Shown here: positions 38,411 through 46,721 of the stretch, piece by piece | How the letters are laid out: the number at the start of each line of letters is the position of its first letter | Numbering within the stretch: position 1 is the stretch's first letter | DNA from: an uncultured Candidatus Bathyarchaeia archaeon | GTDB lineage: Archaea; Thermoproteota; Bathyarchaeia; 40CM-2-53-6; DTGE01 | DNA length: 57,051 nucleotides | Assembly: GCA_964346575.1 (NCBI GenBank) | Contig: CAYFVN010000234.1 | Coordinates: 1 to 57,051 of the forward strand | Reading direction: 5' to 3' | Program-made: the position numbers and the translations under genes | Notes under the pieces: generated by a model | Databases searched by the model: none | Told to the model about the DNA's origin: nothing | Seen by the model: the letters and a program-made list of their open reading frames with translations, nothing else

Positions 38411-39019
38411 ATGAGTAGAGAAGTATCATATATGCCGGGCGCCACTACTCTAGGCTTGGTCTGTAAAGACGGCGTAGTGCTCGCCTCTGAAAGGAGAGTA
38501 TCCTACGGCTACTTCATTATGAGCAAAACGGGTAAGAAGATCTTCAAGATAACCGATAGGATAGGGGCCGCGTCCGCCGGCTTGGTAGGAGACATGCAAG
38601 TCCAAGTTCGAGAAGTAGTCGCTTACCTTAACATTTACTCCTACGAGGCGGGTAAGGTTCCATCCGTAAGGAACACGGCTAAACTTATGAGTAACCTACT
38701 CTTCCGTAGAAGGTTTTCTCCCTATCTAACCCAGACCATAGTGGGTGGTGTAGACGACAAGGGACCGAGCATATATGTTTTAGATCCCCTAGGCTCAGTT
38801 ATAGAGGACAAGTACGCCTCAGTAGGCTCAGGCGCTGAGATCGCAGTAGGGATATTGGAATCCGATTACAGAGACGGTCTAAAAATAGATGAGACTGTGA
38901 ACTTGGCTAGGAAGGCTGTTAAATCAGCCGTCTCCAGAGACATCGGCAGCGGCAATGGCATAGATGTGCTCATGATAACACTTGACGGCATTCGAGAGGA
39001 GTTCACACCTCTCCAATAA
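38411..39019 (+). CDS. psmB: proteasome subunit beta (paralog 2, short propeptide)
   Basis: MPGA/TTLGLVCKDGVVLASERR active-site Thr, plus GSGAEIAVGILE. Confidence 0.9.
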   Translation: MSREVSYMPGATTLGLVCKDGVVLASERRVSYGYFIMSKTGKKIFKITDRIGAASAGLVGDMQVQVREVVAYLNIYSYEAGKVPSVRNTAKLMSNLLFRRRFSPYLTQTIVGGVDDKGPSIYVLDPLGSVIEDKYASVGSGAEIAVGILESDYRDGLKIDETVNLARKAVKSAVSRDIGSGNGIDVLMITLDGIREEFTPLQ

Positions 39020-39116
39020 TATTTTCTCCAAATGAAACCCCAAAGAAGAGTGCGATACAAGCATCGAAGAAAAAGATCAGATCTTATCCGATAAGGAAGA
39101 TAAGAATAGACAAGAA

Positions 39117-40151
39117 ATGAAACGAAACGATGATGAAGCTGTGAGAAGTAGCGTTGAGATTCAGGATAAGCCTAAGTTACTTTCAAGAGTAAAGCGGTCA
39201 GACCCGGACAATTTATTCCGTCAGATCCTGAAGAGACAGAAGTATCAGCTCGTAGGCCGCCACTCCGCAGTTAAGAAGTGTCGTTGGCTGCATAAGAGCC
39301 TAACCGAAGACCTCCACTGCTATAAGCAGGAGTTCTACGGCGTAGAGAGTCACCGATGCCTCCAGATGGCACCATGCCTCAAATGTAATTTCCAATGTCT
39401 CTTCTGTTGGAGGACCCATCCAAAGGATTTAGGGGTTAAGGATACAACTAGAATCGAAGGCTGGGAAGACCCAGGAAGCATTGTTGATGAGTCTGTGAAG
39501 GCGCAGAGAAGGATACTATCTGGATATAAATCTCACGTCCTAGACGGGAAGCTCGAGGAATCCAAGTATTTAGAAGCGCTGAACCCTCGACATGCGGCTA
39601 TAAGCCTCGATGGAGAGACCACGTTATACCCTATGATAGGCGGGCTTATAAGTGAGTATTCTGGTAGAGGATTCACCACGTTCCTAGTTACCAATGGCAG
39701 TAGCCCGAAAACCTTGAACAATCTGGAAGAGGAGCCCACCCAGCTCTACCTGTCCTTATACGCGCCTGACGAGGAAACCTTCAAGGCCTTATGTAAACCC
39801 CTGAACATGAAGTTCTGGAAAAGCATTAGGGAGTCACTGATATCCATAAGGAACTTTAAATCTCCGACGGTTTTGAGGTTGACACTGGTTAAAGGCTTCA
39901 ACATGAAGAATCCCGAAGGATACGTCAAACTTCTAAGGGATGCAGAGCCTACGTATATAGAGGCTAAAGCCTACATGTACGTAGGATACTCTAGGACACG
40001 GCTTACATACTCCGCGATGCCAAGCTACAATGAGGTGGAGGAGTTCGCTGAAACTTTAACTGAAGAACTTGGATACCGAACCATAGCCTCGTCCGAGGAC
40101 AGTAGAGTCGTACTGTTAAGCAGGCTTAAAACACCTAAGAGACTAAGATAG
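39117..40151 (+). CDS. taw1: tRNA 4-demethylwyosine synthase (radical SAM, Taw1/TYW1)
   Basis: GRHSAVKKCRWLHKSL...YKQEFYGVESHRCLQMAP...CNFQCLFCWR (radical-SAM cluster plus the auxiliary-cluster Cys). Confidence 0.9.
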   Translation: MKRNDDEAVRSSVEIQDKPKLLSRVKRSDPDNLFRQILKRQKYQLVGRHSAVKKCRWLHKSLTEDLHCYKQEFYGVESHRCLQMAPCLKCNFQCLFCWRTHPKDLGVKDTTRIEGWEDPGSIVDESVKAQRRILSGYKSHVLDGKLEESKYLEALNPRHAAISLDGETTLYPMIGGLISEYSGRGFTTFLVTNGSSPKTLNNLEEEPTQLYLSLYAPDEETFKALCKPLNMKFWKSIRESLISIRNFKSPTVLRLTLVKGFNMKNPEGYVKLLRDAEPTYIEAKAYMYVGYSRTRLTYSAMPSYNEVEEFAETLTEELGYRTIASSEDSRVVLLSRLKTPKRLR

Positions 40152-40350
40152 AGAAGTACACGCTATAATTAGGGGGAGATCCAACCCAAGAATCCTGGAG
40201 GGTTAAACGTACCTTAAAAACGGCTTTAATTCGCTATCTAGTCTATGAAGGCAGCTTAACCAGTTTGTTTTAATCTTAGCTTGAGCGATTTAAGTAGAGG
40301 ATTAAAGGGTTAATCTATACGTACGCCTCCTGTTTGGAGGAGGGCTAGGA

Positions 40351-41049
40351 ATGTTGTTTAAAGGGGATTTGGAGAGGATTCAGGAGGATTTAGCTGGCTA
40401 CGACTCCGCTAGGGAGAAGCTTCTCGCCGTATCTCGTAATGCTACTAGACTAGCCGGCAGGGCCATGCTTCAGGTGCATAAGATGCAGCTTCGGGAGGCT
40501 GAGGAGACCCTGAAGAGAATTGAAGAGACTATAAGTGAGATGGAGAAAGGCGTGAATGCCTTTCCGGAGCTGAGCCATCACGCGCAAGCCTTAGTAGCTT
40601 ACCAGGAGTATGTGGAGGCAAAAGCGCTATATACCCTTTCTACTGAGGGCAGGCTATGCACATTAGAGGAGGTTAAGGTACCCTCAAACCAGTACCTCTT
40701 GGGGTTGCTGGATCTCGTTGGGGAGCTTAGAAGGCTGTCCCTTGAGTGTCTGAAGCGTGGTGACCCTGAGTCGGCTGAGGATAAGATGAATGTTATGGAG
40801 GAGATCTACGAGTCCTTAATGTCTTTAGAACATACCTCTATGATACAGAATTTCCGGCGTAAGATGGATACGGCCAGGAGGTTAATAGAGGCTACCAGGG
40901 GTGATGTGGTGACCGGTCTAAGAAGATGGAGCCTTGAGAAGGCTATAAACGGTTTAAGCCTTTCTATGAGCCGTCGAGGAAGGGGGGGGAGAGACGGAGT
41001 TGATGTTCTCAACCGTGAAGGCCAAGAGAGCTCAGCTAATGATGGCTGA
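40351..41049 (+). CDS. translin family protein
   Basis: All-helical 232 aa with YDSAREKLLAVSRNATRLAGRAM..., YQEYVEAKALY and YLLGLLDLVGELRR, the translin/TRAX signature. The Arg/Gly-rich tail overlaps nfi by 50 nt. Confidence 0.7.
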   Translation: MLFKGDLERIQEDLAGYDSAREKLLAVSRNATRLAGRAMLQVHKMQLREAEETLKRIEETISEMEKGVNAFPELSHHAQALVAYQEYVEAKALYTLSTEGRLCTLEEVKVPSNQYLLGLLDLVGELRRLSLECLKRGDPESAEDKMNVMEEIYESLMSLEHTSMIQNFRRKMDTARRLIEATRGDVVTGLRRWSLEKAINGLSLSMSRRGRGGRDGVDVLNREGQESSANDG

Positions 41050-41620
41050 GCTTGTGGAGGAGAAACCCATCATAGTTGAGGAGGTCAAGAGTATTGCGGG
41101 GGTGGACGTGGCTTACCGCGATGGATTAGCTGTGTCCGCCGCGGTCCTGGTTTCAGCTCAAAGCTTAACTTTGTTGGAATCCTCATCGGTCCGCTTGAAG
41201 GTTAAGGTTCCTTATCTTCCGGGTCTTCTTGGCTTCAGAGAAGCACCTATAATGGCCGGGGCTGTTATGCGCCTAAGGAATAGGCCTGACGTTGTATTGG
41301 TGGACGGTCACGGGTTGGCCCATCCTAGAAGGTTCGGATCAGCATGCCATACAGGGATAATCTTGGACAGGCCTACCGTAGGGGTGGCTAAATCCAGGCT
41401 ATACGGTTTAGAGTCGGGGAGAATACTGGCAGACGGCTCAGGAGAACCTATAGCTCGGATCGTCAGGGATCGTACAGGTAAATGCTACTACGTCAGTATA
41501 GGCCATAAAGCTACTCTCCGGGATGCAGTGGGGGTGGTTGTGATGTGCATGGGTGATCATGGTCCTGAACCTTCGAGGCTGGCTCATTTAAAGGCTAGGG
41601 AGGCTTTCAGGGATCATTGA
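41000..41620 (+). CDS. nfi: endonuclease V
   Basis: IAGVDVAY, PYLPGLLGFREAP, VLVDGHGLAHPRRFGSACH and VGVAKS. Confidence 0.9.
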   Translation: MMFSTVKAKRAQLMMAELVEEKPIIVEEVKSIAGVDVAYRDGLAVSAAVLVSAQSLTLLESSSVRLKVKVPYLPGLLGFREAPIMAGAVMRLRNRPDVVLVDGHGLAHPRRFGSACHTGIILDRPTVGVAKSRLYGLESGRILADGSGEPIARIVRDRTGKCYYVSIGHKATLRDAVGVVVMCMGDHGPEPSRLAHLKAREAFRDH

Positions 41621-42303
41621 AGCCTCAACTTCTACTTACCCTGATATACTCGGCCGAGCTATCCAGGGAGAGGCTCGGATCGTCCGTTACGACGAAGTTG
41701 ATCGCTGAGAGGCTTGGAGTATCCCAGCAGACAGCCTCAAGACGTCTGATAGAGCTTGAGAGGCTCGGCCAAGTATCGAGGATAAGGGTTCCGGGAGGGG
41801 AGCGGATCAAGCTTACACGCCAAGGATGGACTGAGCTTAAGAATCTATACGCTGTCCTGGGGGGCCTCATAGAGCCCTACACGGGCGGCTTCACCCTTAA
41901 GGGTATAGTCTTCACAGGCCTAGGTGAGGGCGCCTACTACGTGAGTCAGCAGGGCTACCTCCGACAGTTCCACGAGAAGCTTGGGTTCAAGCCTTACCCG
42001 GGAACCCTGAATCTGAAGCTTATAGGCAGCTACATATCCGAGAGGAAGCTCTTGGACAGGTCTACTCCTATAACTATGGAGGGCTTCAAATGCTATGATA
42101 GAAGCTTTGGAGCCGTTAAATGCTACAGGGCTTCCTTAAACGATTCTGAGCTCTGCGTGGTTATAACGGCTCTCCGAACCCACTACGGCGAGGAAACCTT
42201 GGAGATAATCGCTCCTCAAAATCTGAGGGAGAGGCTTAAACTTAAGGACGGAGACACGGTCACCGTCCGGGTCTTCGCCACCCCTCAACAACCCTCCTCT
42301 TGA
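41617..42303 (+). CDS. ribK: CTP-dependent riboflavin kinase fused to an N-terminal wHTH (RbkR-type)
   Basis: N-terminal HTH (TTKLIAERLGVSQQTASRRLIELERLG), then the archaeal RibK/DUF120 domain GIVFTGLGEGAYYVS...GFKPYPGTLNLKL. Its start overlaps the nfi stop (ATGA-type coupling). Confidence 0.85.
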   Translation: MKPQLLLTLIYSAELSRERLGSSVTTKLIAERLGVSQQTASRRLIELERLGQVSRIRVPGGERIKLTRQGWTELKNLYAVLGGLIEPYTGGFTLKGIVFTGLGEGAYYVSQQGYLRQFHEKLGFKPYPGTLNLKLIGSYISERKLLDRSTPITMEGFKCYDRSFGAVKCYRASLNDSELCVVITALRTHYGEETLEIIAPQNLRERLKLKDGDTVTVRVFATPQQPSS

Positions 42304-42736
42304 TCTCGCTGGAGCTGCCCAGCTCTCTAGGACCGAACCGTCCTATACGGATAACCTCCACTTTAAGTCCTCCCTCTTCTATTATACGTTTGACCTCATC
42401 GTATATGTCGTCCTGATCGTATCCCACAGCCACTATATCTGGCTTCACAGCCCTCAATACTTCAGGAACGTTGAGGTCCTCAAACCCCAGTAAAGCCTCG
42501 TCTACGGGCTTCAAAGCCTCAACTAGGATCCTCCTCTGCGCTTCAGGCATAACAGGTTTAATCCCCTTTCTAGCTTCGACGGTCTTATCCCTGGCTACAA
42601 CCACTATGAGCCTAGCACCCCCTCCTCCAGCCTTCTTAGCCTCTTCCAAGAACCTTAAATGGCCGTAATGGAGTAGATCGAACATACCGGCGGCTAAGAC
42701 GACTTTACTTCTTCTCTGCTCAGCCTCATCCTTCAC
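42260..42736 (-). CDS. ribL: FAD synthase (FMN adenylyltransferase, RibL; cytidylyltransferase fold)
   Basis: VLAAGMFDLLHYGHLRFLEEAKKAG (HxGH). 158 aa. Its 3' end overlaps the convergent ribK by 44 nt. Confidence 0.85.
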   Translation of the reverse strand: MKDEAEQRRSKVVLAAGMFDLLHYGHLRFLEEAKKAGGGGARLIVVVARDKTVEARKGIKPVMPEAQRRILVEALKPVDEALLGFEDLNVPEVLRAVKPDIVAVGYDQDDIYDEVKRIIEEGGLKVEVIRIGRFGPRELGSSSEIKRRVVEGWRRPGR

Positions 42737-42996
42737 CGTTGCTCACTCTCCTCAGGCCACTTAAACTCGGTTAAACCTAAAAGCCTCAGGGAGTCCAATA
42801 ACCCCTCCGCATAGGAGGCAGCCGCCAAGGCGGCTAGATAAGACCTCTTATCGAAAAAGAAGCGGCTGTCACACAGGTATCGGCTGGCCTCCTCTATCAC
42901 TTTAGAGGCCATCCCGCCTTTCTGAGTTAAACCTTTCAAGACCTCATCCACCTTGGAGATGTAGTTCATCGCCAACCTCCCGGCGTCACCGGCCAT
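42733..42996 (-). CDS. DUF357 family protein
   Basis: 87 aa, helical, with YLCDSRFFFDKRSYLAALAAASYAEGLLDSLRLLGL fitting DUF357. Overlaps ribL by 4 nt (operon). Confidence 0.6.
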   Translation of the reverse strand: MAGDAGRLAMNYISKVDEVLKGLTQKGGMASKVIEEASRYLCDSRFFFDKRSYLAALAAASYAEGLLDSLRLLGLTEFKWPEESEQR

Positions 42997-43813
42997 CTCC
43001 TACAACCTCCTCTGAGGCTCCAGCTAAAACCTTCAAAGCCTCGGACTCCATGAAATGTAACCTCCCAGGAGCCACGATGCAGTGGGGAGGCCCCCCAAAA
43101 CTGAACATGCCTAAACGGTCAAACCTATCTGCTCTAACTATCTGATCCGGGCCTCCAAGCCGCGCCACACCCACCATTAAACGGTCTCCTGTGAACACAT
43201 CCTCTCCTCTTACGTCCTCAAGCTCAGACAGTATCTTCAAAGCTTCAGACACTGGCATGTAACGCTCCTCCTCAGCCCTCACATCCAAGAGGATCAACGA
43301 GTGCAATCCTAACATCATATTGCTCTTACAGTAGTCGTAGACCGACCCTGGAAGGGATCCACCGTCGATGAATGGCAAGGTTACGCTACGCCCAAACTTG
43401 TAGCTCTGCAGTCCAGTCGCACCCGGCACAGCCGACGATACAGAGGCCGCGTGTACGACACGAGTAGCTATACCGGTGACTTCAGCTCTAAGCCTTAAAT
43501 CCATGTGCGTAGTAGCGTTCATGGGATCCCCTGGAACTAGGAGGCATACCCTACCCCCTAGAGCGGGCTTCAATATGAGTCTCTCAGCATCCTCCTCTAC
43601 GTTCCTCCTCAGAAGAATCCTCACGTGCTTACCTATTAAAGACTCAAGCCTAGACGGTGAAAAGCCGGGCATCAGACTCGTATAGAGCTCAGCGAACACC
43701 ACGTCCGCTCTCTTAACCTCCTCCAGCCCTCTGAGGGATAACCCGCACTCGTCGAATAATCCCAAGCCCACAAATACAAGCAACCCTTCCAGTAACCCTC
43801 CTAATTCAAACAC
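42986..43813 (-). CDS. dphB: diphthine synthase
   Basis: LVFVGLGLFDECGLSLRGLEEVKRADVVFAELYTS, LVPGDPMNATTH and GLHSLILLD (tetrapyrrole-methylase fold, DPH5 family). Confidence 0.9.
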   Translation of the reverse strand: MFELGGLLEGLLVFVGLGLFDECGLSLRGLEEVKRADVVFAELYTSLMPGFSPSRLESLIGKHVRILLRRNVEEDAERLILKPALGGRVCLLVPGDPMNATTHMDLRLRAEVTGIATRVVHAASVSSAVPGATGLQSYKFGRSVTLPFIDGGSLPGSVYDYCKSNMMLGLHSLILLDVRAEEERYMPVSEALKILSELEDVRGEDVFTGDRLMVGVARLGGPDQIVRADRFDRLGMFSFGGPPHCIVAPGRLHFMESEALKVLAGASEEVVGDGR

Positions 43814-43894
43814 CTAATTCGAACTAGAAGGAACCTTTATTTAAGGGAGACCCATCCACCTACAAACCCAGCGAGAAGAAGGGGAAATGGGTGA

Positions 43895-44081
43895 GGGCCC
43901 GTAGCTCAGCCAGACCCAACGTCCACTCCTACGGGCTGAATGGTGGGCGTGGATCCTGAAGAGGTAGAGCAGCGGACTTCGAAGCCTGACGAGGGGAGGC
44001 TGAAGCTCTTAACCCGAAAGGACGGTGTTGAGGCATCGCCCTGGGGAGAGGTCCGGGGTTCGAATCCCCGCGAGCCCGCCA
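43895..44081 (+). tRNA. tRNA-Lys (anticodon CUU, best manual fold) with three introns; CCA encoded
   Basis: 5' GGGCCCGTAGCTCAGCCAG ... GGTAGAGC (D arm split by a ~49-nt insert, 43914..43962). Anticodon arm GCGG|G-CTCTTAA-CCCGA is split by a ~29-nt insert (43976..44004). A ~31-nt insert (44018..44048) precedes AGGTC. T arm CGGGG-TTCGAAT-CCCCG, then CGAGCCC-G-CCA. Two non-WC pairs (C5.A68, G27.A43) lower confidence in the isotype. Confidence 0.7.
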
Positions 44082-44245
44082 AGACCTAAGTGAGCGCATT
44101 ATAACTGTTACCATAAATAAACATATTTTTCGATAGTTCACCTGAAGCATTCTTTTAAATATTCGACACAAATCCGGTGATAATTAAGGTTTAAAAGAGT
44201 TTTCTGCAGTTAACTCAATTAACTATTGATGTTCATGTATTCAGA

Positions 44246-44285
44246 AAAACGTTCAAATGTTCATTAAAACGTTCAAATGTTCAAA
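44246..44285. repeat. tandem 20-bp direct repeat (AAAACGTTCAAATGTTCA-NN) x2, part of a cluster of five GTTCA pentamers
   Basis: Copies at 44246..44265 and 44266..44285 are 18/20 identical. GTTCA occurs at 44231, 44251, 44259, 44271 and 44279. Located about 165 bp 3' of tRNA-Lys. Confidence 0.8.
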
Positions 44286-44587
44286 TGATCAATAGATAAA
44301 GGATACATATTTGGATTCTATTATTTCAACTCTACTCTAAATGCTCGTATTTACTTATAATATACCTCTCATTATTGAGGTCAAAAAATTACTAAACTAG
44401 ATCATGAAATAAAATATTTAAGCGTCCTTAAATCGCCTTCACATAAGCTAAACAGATTTTGCATATCGGTTTTATGCCTTCCTTGAAATAAATTCTATCA
44501 AGCTTTCCTCGATGTTACTACTGGTTATTTTTAATTTATTATTGGTTAAAAGCGTGAGTTAATTTAATTAAGTCATAGATACATCGA

Positions 44588-44980
44588 TTGGTATGTGTTG
44601 GCTATATCAATTTATATCACCTTTTTTTCTCTAATAAGTTCTATAGGGGTGTTTACTTGGCTGTTGTCAAGGGGAGAGTTGTAAGAGTAGACGACTACTT
44701 CGAGTTTAAAGTTGGAAACCGAGGTAAGGCTGATTATTGTCCGATTACGCTACGATGCGATGACGGGGATCTAATTCAGATTTCAATGGATGTGAAGGTT
44801 ATGATGGAGAAGACGTACATGGTTAACAGCGAAACTGGAAACCCCATTCAGGTAGGTATGATCAAGCCGAAAGTTGGAGATTTGCTTGAAGTTGAAGGAG
44901 CGGTATATAAAAGTTATAACGGTGTCCATTCGAAAAAGATGAGATACGTTAAGAAAATAACGAGAACAGTCGACCGATAA
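44588..44980 (+). CDS. hypothetical beta-rich (possibly OB-fold-like) protein
   Basis: ORF in the low-GC island. The likely start is TTG 44657, 5 nt after AGGGGTG, giving 107 aa (MAVVKGRVVRVDDYFEFKVGN...). No family recognised. Confidence 0.4.
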   Translation: MVCVGYINLYHLFFSNKFYRGVYLAVVKGRVVRVDDYFEFKVGNRGKADYCPITLRCDDGDLIQISMDVKVMMEKTYMVNSETGNPIQVGMIKPKVGDLLEVEGAVYKSYNGVHSKKMRYVKKITRTVDR

Positions 44981-45079
44981 ACTATTTATTGAGTTTAAAC
45001 TGCTCTCCATCTTGAAACTTTTCAACTCACATTCCCCACCATCATTTTTTAATTATACTAAAAAATACGGTGTTAAACA

Positions 45080-45149
45080 CGTCAAATAGGTCAGAATCGC
45101 CGTCAAATACTTTAAATGAGTACAGAAACGTTAAAATCATCGTCAAATA
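45080..45149. repeat. three direct copies of CGTCAAATA (iteron-like)
   Basis: Exact 9-mers at 45080..45088, 45101..45109 and 45141..45149 (spacings 21 and 40 bp), in the spacer between convergent genes. Confidence 0.8.
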
Positions 45150-45267
45150 TAAAAGATTCCACCATCAGGATAGTTCCCTGATGTCTACATATATTACCCA
45201 TCCGTATTACTATATCCTCCTCTTGAGGTAATAGCGCGCGCCTTATTGCTTTGCATTTCAAGCTTCA

Positions 45268-45305
45268 TTGACGATAGTTGTCTGATAATTTTGACGGCTG
45301 TTGAC
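45268..45305. repeat. inverted-orientation copies of the same core (TTGACG x2, TTGACT x1)
   Basis: TTGACG at 45268 and 45291, and TTGACT at 45301, are reverse complements of the CGTCAA core. They face the direct copies across a hairpin (45163..45183) and a GCGCGCGC block (45234..45241). Confidence 0.6.
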
Positions 45306-45439
45306 TATAATTATTAAATCAATTCCAAGTATAATCTGGAGTCGTTTATGAAGAATAAGTACTTTACATTCAGTCAATTTGAATAGCCATCTCAGGATTT
45401 AATTTGGTAGTTCATCGAATCTAAACATGTAATTAATTG

Positions 45440-46591
45440 TCATCTGATTAACCCTTCAAGTTTTGAGTTGTATTCAACTATTTTTTCTTCGCAGACTTTG
45501 ACATCTTCATCCTTCTTCTTCTTTGTTTTTATAGCGTTGTCGAGTCCTTCTCTCTTTTTCTGTAGTTCTTTCTTAGCCCTTTCAAGCTCTGTCTTCTTTT
45601 CTATCGTTCCCAAATCTTGAAGTCTACGATCTTTCTCTACGAAATCGTTGAACTTTTCCATGTATTTCTTTATTTTATCCTCCTTCAAGATACTTGAGAT
45701 GGCTTCTATAGCCTTCCTGTTTCTTGAACTCTTTAAATTCAGCTTCCTTTCCTTCAACAACTCTCGGAGATAGACTAAAGCTTCCTCTAGGATCTTTTCA
45801 TCTACAATGTTTAATAGCATATCTCTGGGGTCGTCGATAAACCTTCCAAGTTGTATAGCCTTTTGCAGATCGTAATCGACTGATCCACGTTCAGCCAACT
45901 TAAGTGTTTTAAAGACGGGCTTCTCCAGATACCTAAGCTCTCTCTTAACTCTCTCCTCGAATGTTCTCTCGTCTTCTTTAAACTTTTCAACCTTAATTAG
46001 GTCCTCCTTCTGCCCCAGGCTTCGTATCACTTCCTCGTGTTCTTCAATCATCCTCCTCGTCTTCTTCATGTTCTTCACTGTATCATCTAGAGCATCTCTC
46101 TTAGCTGATAACTCTGCTTTAAGTTTGGATATTTTATCAACTATGTTCTCAGCTCTTTGCCATCTTTTCAGCTCGCTCTTATAATTTGAAAACATATCCT
46201 TGAGATCTTGCGTCAGATTTTGAACTCGCTTTCTATCGTCTTCAATTCTTGTAATCTTAATTTTACGCTTGAAGCCGATCCTTCTAACCCACTTAGCCCC
46301 GTAATACATGATCTCCTTTTGAAAATTGTCCAAGGCATCGATATACGTGTCAATATCTCGAAGACCAATCTTATCAGGCCTTTTAATATCTGAGGCTAAG
46401 GATCCTGCTTTACTGCCGAACTGCTCCGCAAAGTTGTCTCCGGAACCTTCAAGTTTTCCCGATTCAGAGACTATAGATTCTAGAGCTTCTTGAATTTTAT
46501 TCAAGACCTCTTCGAATCCGTTTTCGACATCAGCAAAACTACGCTGTACCCTCTTATTTAGATCATGAACTTCATCTTTATCAGACTGCAA
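45440..46591 (-). CDS. hypothetical long coiled-coil protein
   Basis: 383 aa, extremely K/E/R/D-rich with heptad-like character. No NTPase or other catalytic motif is visible. Lies in the low-GC island. Confidence 0.5.
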   Translation of the reverse strand: MQSDKDEVHDLNKRVQRSFADVENGFEEVLNKIQEALESIVSESGKLEGSGDNFAEQFGSKAGSLASDIKRPDKIGLRDIDTYIDALDNFQKEIMYYGAKWVRRIGFKRKIKITRIEDDRKRVQNLTQDLKDMFSNYKSELKRWQRAENIVDKISKLKAELSAKRDALDDTVKNMKKTRRMIEEHEEVIRSLGQKEDLIKVEKFKEDERTFEERVKRELRYLEKPVFKTLKLAERGSVDYDLQKAIQLGRFIDDPRDMLLNIVDEKILEEALVYLRELLKERKLNLKSSRNRKAIEAISSILKEDKIKKYMEKFNDFVEKDRRLQDLGTIEKKTELERAKKELQKKREGLDNAIKTKKKKDEDVKVCEEKIVEYNSKLEGLIR

Positions 46592-46721
46592 TAACCACCG
46601 TATACCCCCATTTTCCTATACTCGACTCGTTTATTTAACCTACATTTCAGGGATTAATAATTTAATCGATAACACGGTAATAGAGACTTAAGCGATATTA
46701 TATCTTATTGTTAGATTACAA

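Noticed and set aside
43929-44171. 80-aa minus-strand ORF overlapping tRNA-Lys. I considered it as an N-terminal fragment of a partitioned SSV-type integrase.
   Set aside because: Most of the ORF is simply antisense to the GC-rich tRNA/intron sequence (Arg/Pro/Ser/Gly-rich translation). It has no integrase motifs. I found no matching C-terminal fragment or att duplication within the window.
44230-45310. Whether the short repeats could be a CRISPR array.
   Set aside because: The repeat units are 5-20 bp with no regular repeat-spacer periodicity of about 60-75 bp. There are only 2-3 copies and no cas genes in the window.
46512-46521. TTCGAATCCG matching the tRNA-Lys T-loop region, considered as the distal att site of an integrated element.
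   Set aside because: Only about 9-10 nt match, it lies inside the coiled-coil coding sequence, and the flanks do not extend the match. It is consistent with chance.
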